This document shows positions 60,450 to 64,000 of a stretch of DNA of 64,000 nt, one piece after another; position 1 is the first letter of the stretch, and every line of letters starts with the position of its first letter. Under the pieces are notes generated by a model, which ran no database searches, was not told where the DNA came from, and was given only the letters and a program-made list of their open reading frames with translations. The stretch lies in contig JAPEUD010000043.1 of NCBI GenBank assembly GCA_026026165.1, positions 124,001-188,000 on the forward strand, written 5' to 3'. The position numbers were made by a program, and so were the translations under genes. This DNA is from Sarea resinae. Lineage: Eukaryota.

Positions 60450-62028
60450 CTTACTAGTGAACAATGCTCAGACAAGAATAGAGTAGAAATGATTCAATTA
60501 CACGTTTCTTCTGGCAGTACATGCATACAGCCATAGCACCAACTGAAAGATACAAAAGCAAAATAGACTTGTAGAAACAGATCAGAAACGCATCAAGAAC
60601 AGCCCGAAATGGCAACGGCTTCGGGAGAAGAACACATCCGGGATCGTTAGAAGGTATGATGGTATAGCTGTCCTGATCTCTGCTTCGGTGCAATCAGCCT
60701 TCTTGTTCCGGGGCAACGAACAAGAGGGTGGGTCATTCCTGGCATATGGCACAGCATTCAGGCCTGCAGGAGGTGACACAAGCCACGTCTAGCGGCCAGA
60801 TAGATAATGCCAATCAGCCTCGTTATGTGCATGGGCATAGGTATTGGATTTGACATGAGCGCCTCCAAGTCTCATGAAGCAAGAATTGTCGACGATCCAC
60901 GTACCAAAGGTCGAGGTATGCTGGGGTCTGGAATATCACCAACTACATATCAGACGACTGTGCCGTCTAAGTCGGGAGCGGTTTGTGGAGTAGTAAGTAC
61001 AGTACTGCCACCCTTGAGCTATGATCAGCAACATGGCTACCCCGCAATTTCAGGGAGAATGGTGCGGAGAAGACGCCTGGATGGCTGGACGGCCTTTCTC
61101 GATTGAGCTGTCGATTTGGCCACGACCGGGTGCGGCACTTGAAGAGACATGTCCGAGGTAGGAAGTCGGCAGCGGAAGTGAAGGGCATCCGAGGGCATTT
61201 TCCGTCAATGTGCGCGGGACGAGTCAGCCATGCCCCTTCGTAGTCAGCAGGAGATCGACCACAATCCCTGGATCTCGACGGTGACGATCGTCAGCTCTCT
61301 GCACCCTTACTCTGTGTACTCCGGAGTAGTCCAGGAAGACCAACATCACGAATGTCAGGTTCCGCCTACGATGATTACTCCGTACTCTTCGATCAGCGCT
61401 CCCAGTCGACAACTTCTGACTTGCTATCATGACGACCTTCCACATGTCCTGGCTCCGACCCACGGCGTACCTACGCTGCACGACTTGTGACGTGGTAGGT
61501 GGTGTGGTGTGGTCTGTTCGCGCGATTGAATGCCCCAAGGAGTGCCAGTTTGGCGACCAAGTCAATACTAGATCGTATGTAGTACTACCGCAAACGACTT
61601 TCTCTCCCCTTCAGGGCCTCCCTAGGGAAGTTTATCCTGCCCTTGAGAAACGTATGGATTCGACGGCATCTGTACTCTAGATGCACATCGCATTGGATTT
61701 CCCGTAGGTCAACGCCGTCAAAACCAATTCGTCTGTTACCCGGGCAGGGCGCCACTTTCTTCTACTCGTAGTATGTATGTACCTTGCGAGCAACGAGCGG
61801 GTTTCTTGCTTCCCTGACCTTGAACGGCTCAAATGGCATGATCATCCTGCCTCACCCTCAATCTTCGATCCCACTGTAGTATGCTAGTACAAGTAGCCGT
61901 GATACCCCCACTCGAGGCCTATTGCTTGTGATACTGATCAGAGACAACCCTTCATTTGAATTGCAGTCTTAGTATTCATCTTCAAAAGTCTCAGCCTGTC
62001 AACCCCTCCGGCCTCGACCTCGGACAAG

Positions 62029-62868
62029 ATGACTTCATTGGAAGGCAGAGTCTACGCAGTGACTGGCGGTGCCTCGGGCATGGGAGCAGCCACCGTAAAG
62101 CTTCTTGCCAGGAGAGGTGCCGCCGCTGTCGCCGTAGGGGACTACAACGAGCAAAACTTCGAAGCCATCAAAGAAGAGGTCAAGCAGATCAATGGCACGA
62201 CCGAGGTGACAACGACGAAAATTGACGTGGCCGAGTCCGCCAGTGTCAAGGCATGGATCGAGGAGACGGTCAAGGCATTTGGGCGACTGGACGGCTGTGC
62301 CAATGTGGCTGGTGTCCCGCAGAAGGTGGGCGTCCGGAAATCCCCGACCATTCTGGAAGAGACGGATGAAACATGGAGAAGGACCATGGCGGTCAACATT
62401 GACGGCATCATGTATTCGACGCGAGAGGAGGTCAGGGCCATGGTCGCGCTGCCCAAGGAGAAAAGATGCATTGTGAACGTCTCCAGCATGGCATCGGTGA
62501 TGCATGGACCCGATACGTACGCATATACTGCTTCGAAAACAGCCTGTGTCTCGTTTTCGAGCAGCGTTGCCAAGGACGTGATGCCATTTGGCATCCGAGT
62601 GAACACGGTTTCTCCTGGTACGCCTTCATGAACGAGAGTGTTTTCTTTAATGCTGCCAACGCACTAAATTATGATCGTAGGTGCCACCATGACGCCCATG
62701 CTGGCTCAATTCTTCGCCGACAATGAGACGGCAACGCATGCCACTGCTGCGGTCGGTCTCAATATGCTGCAACCAGAGGACATTGCGCGAAGCATTGTAT
62801 ATTTGCTTTGCGAGGATTCAGATCAAGTCATGGGAGTGAATCTTATTGTCGGCTCTGGGGCACCTTGA
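62029..62868 (+). CDS. Classical short-chain dehydrogenase/reductase
   Basis: Exons 62029-62617 and 62681-62868. TGGASGMG, NVAG, VNVSS, YTASK, IRVNTVSPG. Confidence 0.92.
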
Positions 62869-64000
62869 AAACCTTTAAAGTGTTTGGTATACCAATCTTA
62901 CTCGGCTTTTGTATGTGCATGACTGGATTCGTGAGCCGTCATAGGCGTACATAGCTAGATTTTTGGGAGTAATTCGACAGTAGTGTCGAGGTAATTTGGG
63001 AAAAACCATCGGTCTTTATCGGATTGACAATGACGAGGAGTGTATATACTACTACGTATGCTTCCTGAGAGAGGGAGAGAGTATGTGTGTGATCTGTTAC
63101 CATCAATCTCGTCAAGATATTTCTCGACGAATATGGTTGTCACCATTAGAGAAAAATAAAATCAAAAGAAAATGGAATCAAAAAAGTTGACAATCAGCCC
63201 AACTTTACCGTCCCATCCCGAACGAGTTCGTAATCCGGTACCGCCACTCGATGGTGAAGATGCCTCTGCAGAATTGCTTCCCTCAAGGGTCATCTCCATT
63301 GCTTAAGGCTTTACAAGCGATCGTGGGTTACCCACACGAGTTGAAAACCACCACGGAGTTCGAACCGGGCGACCTGCGTCCGTTTTTAGAGTGAATTGGG
63401 AAAGTCCCGTTGGGATACGACCATCTTCTCACTTTATGACCACTACAGCCGAAGTAAAATGCGCCCTTAACCGACATATAAGGGTATCCCCCGACAGTCA
63501 CATGCTCACGGCACCACTCCCTAATCCATGTGATGACTACAAGCAATACCGTACTCATTTCCATGCACACCCATAACACGAGGAAAAAAGGAGTCACGCA
63601 ATGAATAATATCACCCATCTGTGATAATGAAAATGCAATTCAAGATTTGTATCTGCAACAGATCGACTCGACCAGATGCCCAACTATAGTACATATCGAA
63701 CGGATATCTAACACGAAACACGCCCAACGCCGAGATGCAACGCGCGAGATGCATCAGGTGCCCTACTTGCACCCACACGCATTGAGCATCCATCCCACAC
63801 ATGAGTATGCAACAGTCACCCCGCAAATCTGCAAGACACCCGATGTGTGCACCTTTTCCCCCGAAAATTCAAGAGAAAAGGGATAATTCGTTTCGAAAAA
63901 GTCATCATCATTGCTCATGTCCACATCACAAGAAATACTCGCCTCGGCCCCCTCGGCCGGCTGGGACGGCTCTCTGGTTATCGGGCACGGCGCTGAATAT

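Noticed and set aside
63345..63385. GGTTCGAA T-loop-like motif on the minus strand, suggesting a tRNA
   Set aside because: Flanking bases do not form a 5-bp T-stem and no cloverleaf could be built.
63760..64000. Open minus-strand frame at the right edge (YSAPCPITREPSQ...DDDFFETNYPFSLEF)
   Set aside because: Could be the 3' end of a gene outside the window, but there is too little sequence to support a call.

Overview
Eukaryotic genomic DNA from a filamentous ascomycete (Pezizomycotina-like): short GT-AG introns with CTRAY branch points and microsatellite-rich intergenic DNA. I can support 18 protein-coding genes. In order: a truncated secreted agmatinase/ureohydrolase, a MATE exporter, a HOL1/DHA1-like MFS transporter, a pyridoxamine-phosphate-oxidase-like protein, a Zn2Cys6 transcription factor, a secreted lysozyme/SLT-like protein, an aquaglyceroporin, a degenerate AA11-LPMO-like secreted protein, a Cys-rich conserved fungal protein, Pga2, CENP-S/Mhf1 (missed by the ORF track), a MARVEL protein, a butanediol dehydrogenase-like MDR, an Mx/dynamin-like GTPase head-to-head with an RNase III-like fusion protein, and an ADH/ALDH/SDR trio. 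The most interesting signals are four. (i) Two tiny Leu-Pro-Ser-stop uORFs (MSLLPS* before the agmatinase, MHLPS* before the transcription factor) resemble the polyamine-sensing MLLLPS* uORF of yeast HOL1, in a locus that also holds a HOL1-like transporter. (ii) The divergent Mx-like dynamin plus pseudo-RNase III pair is a candidate defence module. (iii) The LPMO-like protein has lost its second histidine-brace residue. (iv) There is a RIP-like TA-rich island. Family assignments are from motif recognition by eye; no searches were run.
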